A stretch of 64,000 nucleotides of DNA from Proteobacteria bacterium UBA2133 (GTDB lineage: Bacteria > Pseudomonadota > Gammaproteobacteria > Arenicellales > UBA868). The notes beneath the pieces are model-generated. The model made no database searches, was not told the origin of the DNA, and saw nothing but the letters and a program-made list of their open reading frames with translations. Numbering within the stretch: position 1 is the first letter of the stretch; each line of letters begins with the position of its first letter. The stretch lies in NCBI GenBank assembly GCA_002327725.1, contig DCXP01000006.1, forward strand, positions 19,480 to 83,479, written 5' to 3'. Position numbers and translations under genes: made by a program. Below, piece after piece: positions 28,426 to 37,628 of this stretch.

Positions 28426-29873
28426 CCGAGTCGATCCTGGTCTGGATCGTACTGACGCCGCTTCTGGGCGCCCTGGCGGTACTGCTCACCGGCCGGTGGC
28501 CCAACCTGCGTGAAGCCACGAGTCTCCTCGCCGGCGGCGCGCTGATCGTACAGGTCGTGACGCTGCTCCCCCCGGTGCTTGCCGGCGAGTCCCCGGGTGT
28601 CCTGCTGGCGGTACCGGTACCGGGAGTACCGCTGGCCCTTAAGATCGAGCCGCTGGGACTGCTGTTTGCGCTGATTGCATCGGTTCTGTGGGTCGCGACG
28701 ACCGTCTACGCGATTGGCTACATGCGCGGACACGGAGAAAAACACCAGACCCGCTTTTATGTGTTCTTCGCCATCGCGATCAGTGCGACGATGGGCGTTG
28801 CCCTGGCGCAGAATTTATTCACGCTGTTCCTGTTCTATGAACTGCTGACGCTCTCGACTTACCCCCTGGTTACCCACGCCGGCTCCGATGAGGCAAAGCG
28901 GGGCGGGCGGACCTATCTTGGCATCTTGATGGGGACCTCGATGGGATTCTTGCTGCTGGCCGTGATCTGGACCTGGCACCTGACGGGGACCACCGGGTTT
29001 CAGCAAGGCGGCATTCTGGCAGGCAAAACCTCTCCACTCATGGTGGGAGTGCTTTACGCCCTTTTTGCTTTTGGCATCGGCAAGGCCGCACTGATGCCCT
29101 TTCACCGCTGGCTGCCGGCGGCCATGGTAGCGCCCACGCCCGTGAGCGCATTGCTGCATGCGGTCGCCGTGGTCAAAGCCGGTGTCTTTGCGATACTCAA
29201 AATTACGGTTTACGTGTTTGGCCTGGATCTGCTGTCGGGCACCGGCGCGACCACCCTGGTGCTGTGGGTTGCGGCCATCACCATCATCGGCGCATCGCTG
29301 GTCGCACTGCGGCAGGACAATCTCAAACGCCGGCTGGCGTACTCGACCATCAGCCAGCTCTCCTACGTTGTGCTCGGTGCGGTTCTGGCCAATGCAGCCG
29401 GTATCGTGGGTGCCGCGGTACACATTGCGACCCATGCTGTTGGAAAGATCACCCTGTTTTTCTGCGCCGGGGCGATTCTGGTCGCCGCCCACAAAACCCG
29501 GGTCAGTGAACTTGACGGCCTCGGCCGACAGATGCCGATCACCATGGGGGCGTTCCTGATTGCCAGCCTCAGCATTGCCGGCCTGCCGCCGATGGCGGGT
29601 CTGTGGGGCAAGTGGTATCTCTCGATCGGCGCTCTGGACGCCGGCTATGGCGTGTTGCTAGGTGTTCTGATGCTGAGCACCCTTTTGAATATCGCCTATC
29701 TCCTGCCCATTCCACTGCGGGCCTTTTTTGCCCGGGGATCAGGGCAGGCCGGTCAGTTGCACGAGGCGCCGTTGCCCTGCCTTATGGCCATCGGTTTCAC
29801 AACGATTGCCTGTGTTGTGCTGTTTTTCTTCCCGGAGCCGGTCTACCGACTGGCGAGCCTGCTTGTGCAGTGA
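28422..29873 (+). CDS. Antiporter-like subunit (copy 2) with MrpA/NuoL-type signature
   Basis: FLFYELLTL, GIGKAALMPFHRWLPAAMVAPTPVSALLHAVAVVKAG (His-type TM8), LWGKWYL. Confidence 0.9.
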   Translation: MTESILVWIVLTPLLGALAVLLTGRWPNLREATSLLAGGALIVQVVTLLPPVLAGESPGVLLAVPVPGVPLALKIEPLGLLFALIASVLWVATTVYAIGYMRGHGEKHQTRFYVFFAIAISATMGVALAQNLFTLFLFYELLTLSTYPLVTHAGSDEAKRGGRTYLGILMGTSMGFLLLAVIWTWHLTGTTGFQQGGILAGKTSPLMVGVLYALFAFGIGKAALMPFHRWLPAAMVAPTPVSALLHAVAVVKAGVFAILKITVYVFGLDLLSGTGATTLVLWVAAITIIGASLVALRQDNLKRRLAYSTISQLSYVVLGAVLANAAGIVGAAVHIATHAVGKITLFFCAGAILVAAHKTRVSELDGLGRQMPITMGAFLIASLSIAGLPPMAGLWGKWYLSIGALDAGYGVLLGVLMLSTLLNIAYLLPIPLRAFFARGSGQAGQLHEAPLPCLMAIGFTTIACVVLFFFPEPVYRLASLLVQ

Positions 29874-29880
29874 GGTAGTC

Positions 29881-30132
29881 ATGAAAGAAAAACGTCATAT
29901 CTTCGACAGCAAGAAAAACGTGAAGCGGGTGCTGAAAGCGCTGGTGCTGGCCTGCGCGTTAACGGCCGGGGCTGACATCGTCTACCACCGCCACGTCGTG
30001 CACCCCTTCGAGGCGCTATGGGGCTTTTACGCCATCTACGGTTTCGTTGCGTGCGTGGTACTTGTCCTGCTGGCAAAAGAGATGCGCAAGCTCCTGATGC
30101 GCGACGAAGACTATTACGACCGTGATGCCTGA
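29881..30132 (+). CDS. Small two-TM protein embedded in the mrp operon
   Basis: 83 aa MKEKRHIFDS...WGFYAIYGFVACVVLVLLAKEMRKLLMRDEDYYDRDA; GAGG RBS; overlaps the next start. Confidence 0.75.
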   Translation: MKEKRHIFDSKKNVKRVLKALVLACALTAGADIVYHRHVVHPFEALWGFYAIYGFVACVVLVLLAKEMRKLLMRDEDYYDRDA

Positions 30133-31813
30133 ATTCCCGCCATTTGCCCTTTTTTACCTGGCGGCGCTCGCGGCTGCCGTCTTGCCCCGCGTTCCCCGGC
30201 AGGTATTGATGCTGGCAGTGCCGGTGGTGAGCTGTGCCGCGCTGCTGCAGCTGCCGGCCGACCTGCTGGTCAGCATGGCGATTCTGGATCTGCAGCTTGA
30301 GCCGTTCCGCGTTGACCGGCTCAGCCGGCTGTTTGGAATTCTCTTTCATATCGGCGCCTTTATCGGCATCGTTTTTTCCCTGCACACCCGGGACCGGACC
30401 CAACACGTTGCGGCGCTGGCGTATGCCGGCAGTGCGTTCGGGGCGGTGTTTGCGGGAGATCTGCTGACCCTGTTTGTGTTCTGGGAGATGCTCGCGGTGA
30501 GTTCCGTTTTTCTGATTTTTGCAAGCCGGACCGAGCGATCTTACGGTGCCGGCATGCGCTACCTGGTCATCCAGGTGATCTCCGGCGTGCTGCTGCTCGC
30601 CGGCGCCCTGATTCTTTACGGGCAGAGTGGATCCTTGCGCTTTGAGCACATCGGCCTCACCGGTGCCGGCGGCACGCTGATCTTTCTCGCTTTCGGCATC
30701 AAGTGCGCCTTTCCGCTTTTGCATAACTGGCTGACAGATGCCTACCCCGAGGCCACGCCCACCGGCACCGTATTCTTAAGTGCGTTTACGACCAAAGTGG
30801 CGGTGTATGCACTGGCGCGCGGTTTTGCAGGAACCGAGGCGCTGGTCTATATCGGCGCGGTCATGACGTGCTTTCCGATTTTCTACGCGGTGATCGAGAA
30901 CGATCTTCGACGGGTACTGGCCTACAGCATGATCAACCAGATCGGCTTCATGGTGGTGGGCATTGGCCTGGGTACCGCGTTGGCCATCAACGGTGCGATT
31001 GCCCACGCCTTTAACGACGTGATATTCAAGGGACTGCTGATGATGTCGATGGGTGCGGTACTGCACATGACCGGGCGGATGAACGGCTCAGAGCTTGGCG
31101 GTCTCTATAAAAGCATGCCGGTCACAACTGCCTTGTGTATTGTCGGCGCTGCATCGATTTCGGCGTTTCCGCTCTTCAGTGGTTTCGTCAGCAAGTCGAT
31201 GGTGATGGTCGCGGTATTGGAAGAAGGCCACCCCTTCGTCTGGCTGGCCCTGCTGTTTGCGTCTGCGGGCGTCTTCCACCATGCCGGCATCAAGATTCCG
31301 TTCTTTGCCTTCTTTGCCCACGACAGCGGCATCCGTACTCGTGAGCCGCCCGCGAACATGCTGATTGCGATGGGTATTGCCGCAACGCTTTGCATCGGGA
31401 TCGGTGTCTGGCCATGGGTGCTTTACGATCTGCTGCCCTTCACCGTCAACTACACGCCCTTTGACGGCAGCCATATCCTGGCCCAGATCCAGTTGCTGGT
31501 CTTCTCCGCGGCGGCGTTTGCCTGGCTCAAGGTTGCCGGAATTTATCCCCCCGAACTGCACTCGACCAATATCGATGTCGAGTGGCTCTACCGGCGCCTC
31601 GCGCCCCGGTGGGCGCTAAAGACCGTTACGGTGTCGCACCGGACGGCGCAGGCCGCCTCTCAGGCCGGAAAAGGCCTCGGCCGAAACCTCATGCGGCTGG
31701 TGCTGCACCATTACGGTCCCGAGGGGACGCTGGCGCGCGCCTGGCCGACAGGCTCCATGGTGCTCTGGGTCGCGGTGTTGCTCGCTGCAAGTCTTGTGCT
31801 CTATTACCTTTAG
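30125..31813 (+). CDS. Antiporter-like subunit (copy 3), MrpD-type
   Basis: FVFWEMLAV, GIKCAFPLLHNWLTDAYPEAT, AFTTKVAVY, FVSKSM; start GTG 30122 or ATG 30125. Confidence 0.9.
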   Translation: MPEFPPFALFYLAALAAAVLPRVPRQVLMLAVPVVSCAALLQLPADLLVSMAILDLQLEPFRVDRLSRLFGILFHIGAFIGIVFSLHTRDRTQHVAALAYAGSAFGAVFAGDLLTLFVFWEMLAVSSVFLIFASRTERSYGAGMRYLVIQVISGVLLLAGALILYGQSGSLRFEHIGLTGAGGTLIFLAFGIKCAFPLLHNWLTDAYPEATPTGTVFLSAFTTKVAVYALARGFAGTEALVYIGAVMTCFPIFYAVIENDLRRVLAYSMINQIGFMVVGIGLGTALAINGAIAHAFNDVIFKGLLMMSMGAVLHMTGRMNGSELGGLYKSMPVTTALCIVGAASISAFPLFSGFVSKSMVMVAVLEEGHPFVWLALLFASAGVFHHAGIKIPFFAFFAHDSGIRTREPPANMLIAMGIAATLCIGIGVWPWVLYDLLPFTVNYTPFDGSHILAQIQLLVFSAAAFAWLKVAGIYPPELHSTNIDVEWLYRRLAPRWALKTVTVSHRTAQAASQAGKGLGRNLMRLVLHHYGPEGTLARAWPTGSMVLWVAVLLAASLVLYYL

Positions 31814-31880
31814 CGATCCCGGGCACCCAGTTGATACGGCGATTACCTCGCGCCGTTCCGTGCGCGCCTTTTTACCCACC

Positions 31881-31921
31881 GCGGTGCCGAAGGAGGTCGT
31901 CCGGGAGACCCTCGGCACCGC
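31881..31921. other. Stable stem-loop between convergent mrp operon and tdk
   Basis: GCGGTGCCGA ... TCGGCACCGC 10-bp stem extended by GGTC/GACC; no adjacent U-tract. Confidence 0.5.
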
Positions 31922-31963
31922 CGCCCGGCCGTAACTGCGTGTTTTTCGATGCGCCGGCGGACC

Positions 31964-32551
31964 TCAACCAGCAGGGGTTTTCAGGCTTTCCTTGAAGTGG
32001 CGCCGGCACATCGACACATAAGTCTCGTTGCCGCCAATCTGGATCTGATCGCCACTGCGCAACGGCTGTCCCTTGCCGTCAAAACGCACCACCATGGTGG
32101 CCTTGCGCCCGCAATGGCAGACGGTTTTGATCTCCCGCAGTTCATCCGCCAGTGCCAGCAGCTGCCTGGAGCCTTGAAAAAGCGCGCCGAGAAAATCGGT
32201 GCGTAAACCGTAGGCCAGCACGGGGATATCCATCGCGTCGACGACTTCGGTCAGCTGGTCGACCTGTTCGGTGCTCAGAAACTGCGACTCGTCTACCAAG
32301 ACACAGTGAATCGGTTGGTGCTCACACGCACGCGCCACGAGATCCAGCAGGTTAACGCTGGAGTCCACATCCACAGCATCTGCCTCAAGGCCGATACGCG
32401 AGCGGACCCGGTTCTCCCCGGAGCGGCTGTCGATGCCGGGCTTCACAACGAGCGTATTCATACCCCGCTCTTCGTAGTTATGGCGAGACTGCAAAAGGTT
32501 GGTTGTCTTTCCGGCGTTCATCGCCGAATAGTAAAAATAAAGTTTTGCCAC
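31964..32551 (-). CDS. tdk: Thymidine kinase
   Basis: LYFYYSAMNAGKTT, VLVDESQFL, YGLRTDF, CHCGRKA, IQIGGNETYVSMCRRHF; GTG start at 32551. Confidence 0.97.
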   Translation of the reverse strand: MAKLYFYYSAMNAGKTTNLLQSRHNYEERGMNTLVVKPGIDSRSGENRVRSRIGLEADAVDVDSSVNLLDLVARACEHQPIHCVLVDESQFLSTEQVDQLTEVVDAMDIPVLAYGLRTDFLGALFQGSRQLLALADELREIKTVCHCGRKATMVVRFDGKGQPLRSGDQIQIGGNETYVSMCRRHFKESLKTPAG

Positions 32552-32740
32552 GTTGGCTCTCACCGTTTTCCGATAAGCGCATTGTAGGGTATCGGCGGGC
32601 CAGGCCCTTAGCATCCATGCCGCCACTGGCTGGGTTCGACCTGTGGCATCGGGTGGCGGGCTCTATACTGGACCCGCAAAAACTTCAAGCCGTTAGCGGA
32701 CCTGATCTTGGTCGGAGTACGGCCTGACTGCGAACGGTCT

Positions 32741-33373
32741 TTAGTCGTAATCCTTCGGCAAGACGATCCTGACAGCATCGGTTCTTGCCTGATAATTCGT
32801 TCGGTTATTGTTGTGCCGGATAACCGATGACACCATGAAGTAAACCACCTCCCCTTCCGCTCCATCCCAATCCTTCAGAGGATTCTTCTTGATGTGGTCT
32901 CCAGCAACGGCCGATGCCGCCTTGCAGGGTTTTCCGGGCGCCAGCCACTCCCAGGTCGACCCGTACCACTTGTTGTCGTGCCAAACGAACACCCACGGGT
33001 TGGCATTCACCTTGATGGTCTTTGTGCCTGAGGTGTGCATGATCTCCGCACTCGGCCAGGTATCGGTGCCCCCCCAATTCAGACAGATAAACCAGTCTTG
33101 CGGAAACGATACCGTTAGCTTGTGAGTTTCCGGCCAGTCCGCCACGACAGCTCCCTCAAGCCAAACCACATTCTTGTTGAAATCAAGCGCGGGCGGGCCG
33201 CCATCTGTCGGCGCGGTGGTCGTGGAAGTCGTACTGGTGCTGTCCTCTACGCCGGAAGATGATTTGCTCGCAGAACAATCGAAAGGCCAACACCAAAAAT
33301 CTGAACAACCGCTAAGCGGTACCACCAATACGAGGAGTACGCCGACTCGCAATAGTGTCTTTATGCTTTCCAT
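32741..33373 (-). CDS. Lipoprotein of unknown function, paralog P1
   Basis: Lipobox VPLSG|C, CSDFWCWPFDC, Ser/Thr linker, then domain with HTSGTK, VNANPWVF, STWEW, GDHIKK, YFMVS; start 33373 or 33397. Confidence 0.85.
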   Translation of the reverse strand: MESIKTLLRVGVLLVLVVPLSGCSDFWCWPFDCSASKSSSGVEDSTSTTSTTTAPTDGGPPALDFNKNVVWLEGAVVADWPETHKLTVSFPQDWFICLNWGGTDTWPSAEIMHTSGTKTIKVNANPWVFVWHDNKWYGSTWEWLAPGKPCKAASAVAGDHIKKNPLKDWDGAEGEVVYFMVSSVIRHNNNRTNYQARTDAVRIVLPKDYD

Positions 33374-33493
33374 TTCGAGCACTTCAACTCTCTGCATCTT
33401 TGCTAGCCACTGACTTTATCCGTTCATCGCCGCCAAAACCTGCTAATGCGCCCGCTCTAGCTGAACACAGCAGCCGTCCAGACCATTGTCGCA

Positions 33494-33949
33494 TCAATCA
33501 TAATCCTCGGGCCAAACCACTTTTACCAGATCGGTTCGCGCCTTGTGATTGACGTGTCCGGCAAAACGGGCAAGCGCCGAGACCATGAAGTAGAGCGTCT
33601 CACCTTTTTTTGGATCCCAGCTCCTCATGGGGGATTTTTTCACGTGATCGCCGGATACGACTTTGCCCCGCGTGCAGGTACCCCCAGGGGTCATCCACTC
33701 CCAAGTACCGCCGTGCCATTGTCCGTTTATGTATGCGAACACCCACGGGTTGGCGTTCACCTCAACGTTTTTCGTACCTGAGGTGTGCTTGATGGTCCGG
33801 GTCGGCCAGTTCGTAGTGTCCGCAAAATTCAAACAGACCTTTCCGCTGGCACTGATGCTGACCTTCAGTGTGCTTGTGACCGGCCAGTTGGACACGTTCG
33901 TGTGTAACCAATTTACCTTACTCAACTCAAGAGCGGCACAAACGACGTA
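33494..33949 (-). pseudogene. Paralog P2 of the same domain, N-terminus disrupted (no signal peptide)
   Basis: Domain frame open from a TAG at 33950-33952; AALELSKVNWLH aligns with P3 GAFDLSKAKLLH, i.e. homology extends upstream of the only start (TTG 33925). The Ser/Thr linker lies in another frame at 33925-33987. Confidence 0.6.
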
Positions 33950-34041
33950 CTAGAGGAACCGGTGGACGAGGTGCTGGTGGATGGGCTCTATCCGGTGAAC
34001 CTGATAGTGGCTCGTGTCTGGCAGTATAGTCTCGTCAGTCA

Positions 34042-34644
34042 TTAGGGCCAGATAACCTTCACGACGCTGGTGCGCTTAAGCGTCTTTATGTGCTGCGCGA
34101 AGCGGGCAGTTGCACTGACCATGATGTACACAGTCTCGCCGGACTTCGGCTTCCATGACCCGGACATCGGGGCTCTCTTGACGTGTGCTCCATCGACTTT
34201 GCTGACCGTTCGGCAGTTGGTTGTGGGTGTCATCCATTCGAATGTTCCGCCAACCCACTGACCGTTGATGTACGCGAATATCCACGGGTTTGCGTCTACG
34301 TAAATGTCTTTGGTTCCGCTGGTGTGACGAATCTTATGCGTGGCCCAGCCCGTTCTATCGAAGTACATACATATCTGATTGCCACTGATGGTTACCCGAA
34401 GGGGTGTCTCCGCCCAGTTGCGGACGTCGGCGTGTAGTAGTTTTGCTTTCGATAGGTCGAAGGCCCCCGGTGTTGAAGTGGCTGGAGGTGTGGTAGTCGC
34501 TGGAGGTGTGGTAGTGCTGTCATCGACGACGCCCGAAGAGGATTTACTCGCGGTGCAGTCAAAAGGCCAACACCAATAATCCGAGCAGCCACTCAGCGTA
34601 GCGGCTATCCCAATAATGACACTGATCCGAAAAAGTGTTGCCAT
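34042..34644 (-). CDS. Lipoprotein of unknown function, paralog P3
   Basis: Lipobox ATLSG|C, CSDYWCWPFDC, TTTPPA repeats, HTSGTK, DANPWIF, GTFEW, GAHVKR, YIMVS. Confidence 0.85.
   Translation of the reverse strand: MATLFRISVIIGIAATLSGCSDYWCWPFDCTASKSSSGVVDDSTTTPPATTTPPATSTPGAFDLSKAKLLHADVRNWAETPLRVTISGNQICMYFDRTGWATHKIRHTSGTKDIYVDANPWIFAYINGQWVGGTFEWMTPTTNCRTVSKVDGAHVKRAPMSGSWKPKSGETVYIMVSATARFAQHIKTLKRTSVVKVIWP
34481..34515. repeat. 18-bp tandem duplication in P3 linker (TTTPPA x2)
   Basis: GCTGGAGGTGTGGTAGT at 34481 and 34499. Confidence 0.85.
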
Positions 34645-34659
34645 TCCTCTACAACCCCA

Positions 34660-34681
34660 GATATCCCGGATATCCCGGATA
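34660..34681. repeat. 9-bp tandem repeat upstream of P3
   Basis: GATATCCCG GATATCCCG GATA. Confidence 0.7.
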
Positions 34682-34925
34682 GATTCCCATGATTGATGCT
34701 GACTTCTCGGGCTGAGGCATTTGTCACTCACCTGCCCCTTGAGGGCCTAAGTGTAGCGTTTCTCACGTTAGATCACATTAGATTCCCGTAACTATCGAGT
34801 CTGTCAACGTTTTCTGCGTGGGGGATAATCAGTCTGCGCAAAAAAACTATCAACTGACACGGACACCACAGGTTCATCGGCAAATGGCTTGCCTTCGGTC
34901 CCTATGGGGTCTCGTTGGCGACCTT

Positions 34926-36452
34926 TCAGGCCATCTCGGCACCCATTGATTGGTAATGCCCGCGCAGTGTGGCCAGTTCCTTTTCGACACGCTCTGGATG
35001 CCAGTCTGCTTCAGCGGCCATCGCCTGTGCACACTCGCGCGTGAGCTCGTCACCGGGATAACCAAGCTCACCGATGGTCGTTCTGCGGAGTACAAAATCT
35101 GCCAGATGGATTGCCATTTCGTCGCGCACCGCTTTTTGCACGAGTTGCGGTATTGGACGCGCCGCATCAGTAGGGTCAATGGGTAACCGGTCGGAAGTGC
35201 TCAAAGAATTCCGACGCCCCAGCATGGTGCCAACCAGACTGACGACTCCCTTTGCAAGCTCAAATGATTCGGTGTACTTCACGCCCTGCACAACGATCAG
35301 ACCTTCATTGCCGTTCTGTCGTGATCCCGGCCGGATCGACGCTTTCTTTTCGATCCGGGCAACCGGCCCGGCCGAATCCTGATCTGCCGGCACAACTCCC
35401 ACATGACCCATGCTGACGTCGGCTATGGTGAGGTTGGCATCCGGGCATAACTGTCGCGCCTGTGCCAGCATCAGGTTGATCTCGTCTTTGTTCACCGACA
35501 GGGTCTCTGGCAGCCCCTCCAGCGCGAAGTAGAAAGTCCCAAATAACGTGTGATCCGAATAGGGAACAAAGAAAAAGTAGCGCGACTCAGGGCTTGCAGA
35601 AATCTCACCGGTCAAAGCGTCCTGGGTACCCGGCAATCCCACAGCGTAATCCCCACAGAGCGCGCGGGATAACACAAGATTGGTCGCCTTCAGCCAACAG
35701 CCGCCGCGGCTTTCCTCCAACCCGTGCGTCCGGTTTTGCAGTCGGGCGTGGCCCGTTGCCGCCGCATCAATCACCAGTTTCGCGCGGATGGCGAGTTTTT
35801 CTCCTGTCTCGCAATCGATCGCTTCGACCCCGCAGATCTTGTCGGCGTGATTCAGGTAGCGCTTGGCCCGTGTGTAGTTACAGGCAATACCTCCCGCCTG
35901 AACGGCGCTTTTGATCAGCGCGATCGAGAAACGTCCGGCATTATGGATAAGGCCGTCATACCACAGGGCCGCGCCTGTGCTGAAGGCAGATCTGTCACCG
36001 GCAAAAACCGGTCCCAGTTTTCGCTGGGGCAGAACGGCCCCGGGCGGTAACGCGCTGGCTTTGGGTAATCCCCAGTTTCGATCCAGGCTGATCCAGTCAT
36101 TGAGACACAGCGCGGCGCGCATCGGCATCGCATGCTGTAGGCCACGTCTCGCGGTAGGGATCAGAAATCCCTGGGGTCTGACCAGATCGGGCGCCAACTG
36201 CATAAACTTTCTTCGGGCCCTGATGGAGCGACGCATCCGGCCAAGATCACCGGTTTGCAGATAGCGCAGCCCCCCGTGAATCACCTTGAGGCTATTGGCA
36301 GAAGTCGCGCCGGCGAAGTCGTCTTTCTCGATAAGTGCCGCCTTCAATCCGGCATGGGCCAGTTCGTAGAACACCGCGATTCCCTGAATGCCGCCACCGA
36401 CCACGAGCGCATCAAACTCGCGATCGGCCAGATCGTCAATTCGTCGGCGCAT
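34926..36452 (-). CDS. FAD-dependent glycerol-3-phosphate dehydrogenase/oxidase family protein
   Basis: VVGGGIQG FAD motif, DFAGATSANSLKVIHGGLRYLQ, LWYDG, C-terminal EMAIHLADFVLRRT. Confidence 0.9.
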   Translation of the reverse strand: MRRRIDDLADREFDALVVGGGIQGIAVFYELAHAGLKAALIEKDDFAGATSANSLKVIHGGLRYLQTGDLGRMRRSIRARRKFMQLAPDLVRPQGFLIPTARRGLQHAMPMRAALCLNDWISLDRNWGLPKASALPPGAVLPQRKLGPVFAGDRSAFSTGAALWYDGLIHNAGRFSIALIKSAVQAGGIACNYTRAKRYLNHADKICGVEAIDCETGEKLAIRAKLVIDAAATGHARLQNRTHGLEESRGGCWLKATNLVLSRALCGDYAVGLPGTQDALTGEISASPESRYFFFVPYSDHTLFGTFYFALEGLPETLSVNKDEINLMLAQARQLCPDANLTIADVSMGHVGVVPADQDSAGPVARIEKKASIRPGSRQNGNEGLIVVQGVKYTESFELAKGVVSLVGTMLGRRNSLSTSDRLPIDPTDAARPIPQLVQKAVRDEMAIHLADFVLRRTTIGELGYPGDELTRECAQAMAAEADWHPERVEKELATLRGHYQSMGAEMA

Positions 36453-36460
36453 AAACCTGC

Positions 36461-37624
36461 CTAACCCGGTAGCGGTCCGGATTCCCCGTACAGTTCATTG
36501 ACGGTTGCCTGGAATCGTGAAAACGAAAACCGCGTCCTCGCAAGTGACTGACCGGCCTGGCCCAAGGTTTGCCGCAACGACTGATCAGCCGCCAGCTGAT
36601 TGAAGCCCTGTGCGAGCGCGTCGGGCGTGGGATCGACCAGAAGAGCACAGCCCGGGTCCAGTACCTGGGTGTGCGAAGAGATATCCGTCGCGATGATGGG
36701 CCGACCCGAGTCCAGATAGGAAAAAATCTTCATCGGGGTATTGACCCCTTTCAGCCGGGGAGAGACCAGAATATCCGCCTGCGAAAGATAGTCATTGAGC
36801 TGACTGACGGGCCTTGGCCCCAGAAAATATACGCGTTGACTGATCCCCAGTGAAGATGCTTTCGCCTGATAATCTGCCAGGTCCGCGGGGCTGCCGCCGA
36901 TCAGCACAAGGCTCAGGTCGCACTGGGGGTCCACCCTGGCAAATCCGGCCAGCAGCAAATCCAGTCCCTGGTACGGCTCAAGGTTACCGACATAAAGTGC
37001 CAGTAACCCACTGACGGACAGAAGTTGGCGGAGCCGGTCAACAGGCTGTCCCGAGTTATCGTCCACGGCCAGCGCGAAATCCTCAAGCAGTACCACTTGC
37101 TCCGGAGCCTTGACCTGGCAGGCCCGGTCGACCAGTTGCTGACAGACCGGCACCACAACATCCGCACGTTTCAGCGCGAGCCGTTCCAGGGCATCCAGCG
37201 GGTAGGAAAGAAAACGAAGCCCGATCCATTTCTCGCGCAACTGGTCGGGCATTGATGAATCCATGTCGTAGACAACACACGCGCGATGCAGAAAACGGGT
37301 TGCCAAGGCAAGGAAAACCGACTCTTCCCCGGCGTGGACGACATCGTACTGCTCCCTGGCCAGACGTCGCAGCAGCGAGAAAAACAGGCAAAGATCACAC
37401 AGCAGTTTTGCCATCGAAAAACCGATCGGGATACGCCGGATAAACCACAGCCTCGGAATCCGGAAAATCCTCAAGCCTGCGATTGCAACGTCTTCTCCCA
37501 GATGAAAAGTCAAAAGGTCCACGTGATGACCGGCTTCACACAGGGTCTTGGCGAGCATTCTCACCGCGATAGGCGTGCCCCGCTCCTGATAAAAAGGCTG
37601 TGGCGCTAAGAGCAGAATGCGCAC
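36461..37624 (-). CDS. Glycosyltransferase family 4 (GT-B)
   Basis: RILLLAPQPFYQERGTPIAVR, LYVGNLEPYQGLDLL, TPMKIFSYLDSGRPIIAT. Confidence 0.92.
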   Translation of the reverse strand: MRILLLAPQPFYQERGTPIAVRMLAKTLCEAGHHVDLLTFHLGEDVAIAGLRIFRIPRLWFIRRIPIGFSMAKLLCDLCLFFSLLRRLAREQYDVVHAGEESVFLALATRFLHRACVVYDMDSSMPDQLREKWIGLRFLSYPLDALERLALKRADVVVPVCQQLVDRACQVKAPEQVVLLEDFALAVDDNSGQPVDRLRQLLSVSGLLALYVGNLEPYQGLDLLLAGFARVDPQCDLSLVLIGGSPADLADYQAKASSLGISQRVYFLGPRPVSQLNDYLSQADILVSPRLKGVNTPMKIFSYLDSGRPIIATDISSHTQVLDPGCALLVDPTPDALAQGFNQLAADQSLRQTLGQAGQSLARTRFSFSRFQATVNELYGESGPLPG

Positions 37625-37628
37625 GGGC

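Noticed and set aside
32633-32639. GGTTCGA tRNA T-loop-like motif between tdk and the lipoprotein array (possible integration site)
   Set aside because: No cloverleaf, acceptor stem or CCA; no integrase or flanking direct repeats found.
33635-33650. TTTTTTCACGTGATCG resembling parS
   Set aside because: Right arm does not match (GATCG versus GAAAC), it is inside a coding domain and far from parAB; no good parS seen in the window.
32741-34644. Lipoprotein repeats as a CRISPR array or diversity-generating retroelement target
   Set aside because: The repeats are degenerate protein-coding paralogy, not identical spaced repeats; no reverse transcriptase, cas genes or adenine-specific variable/template pair seen.
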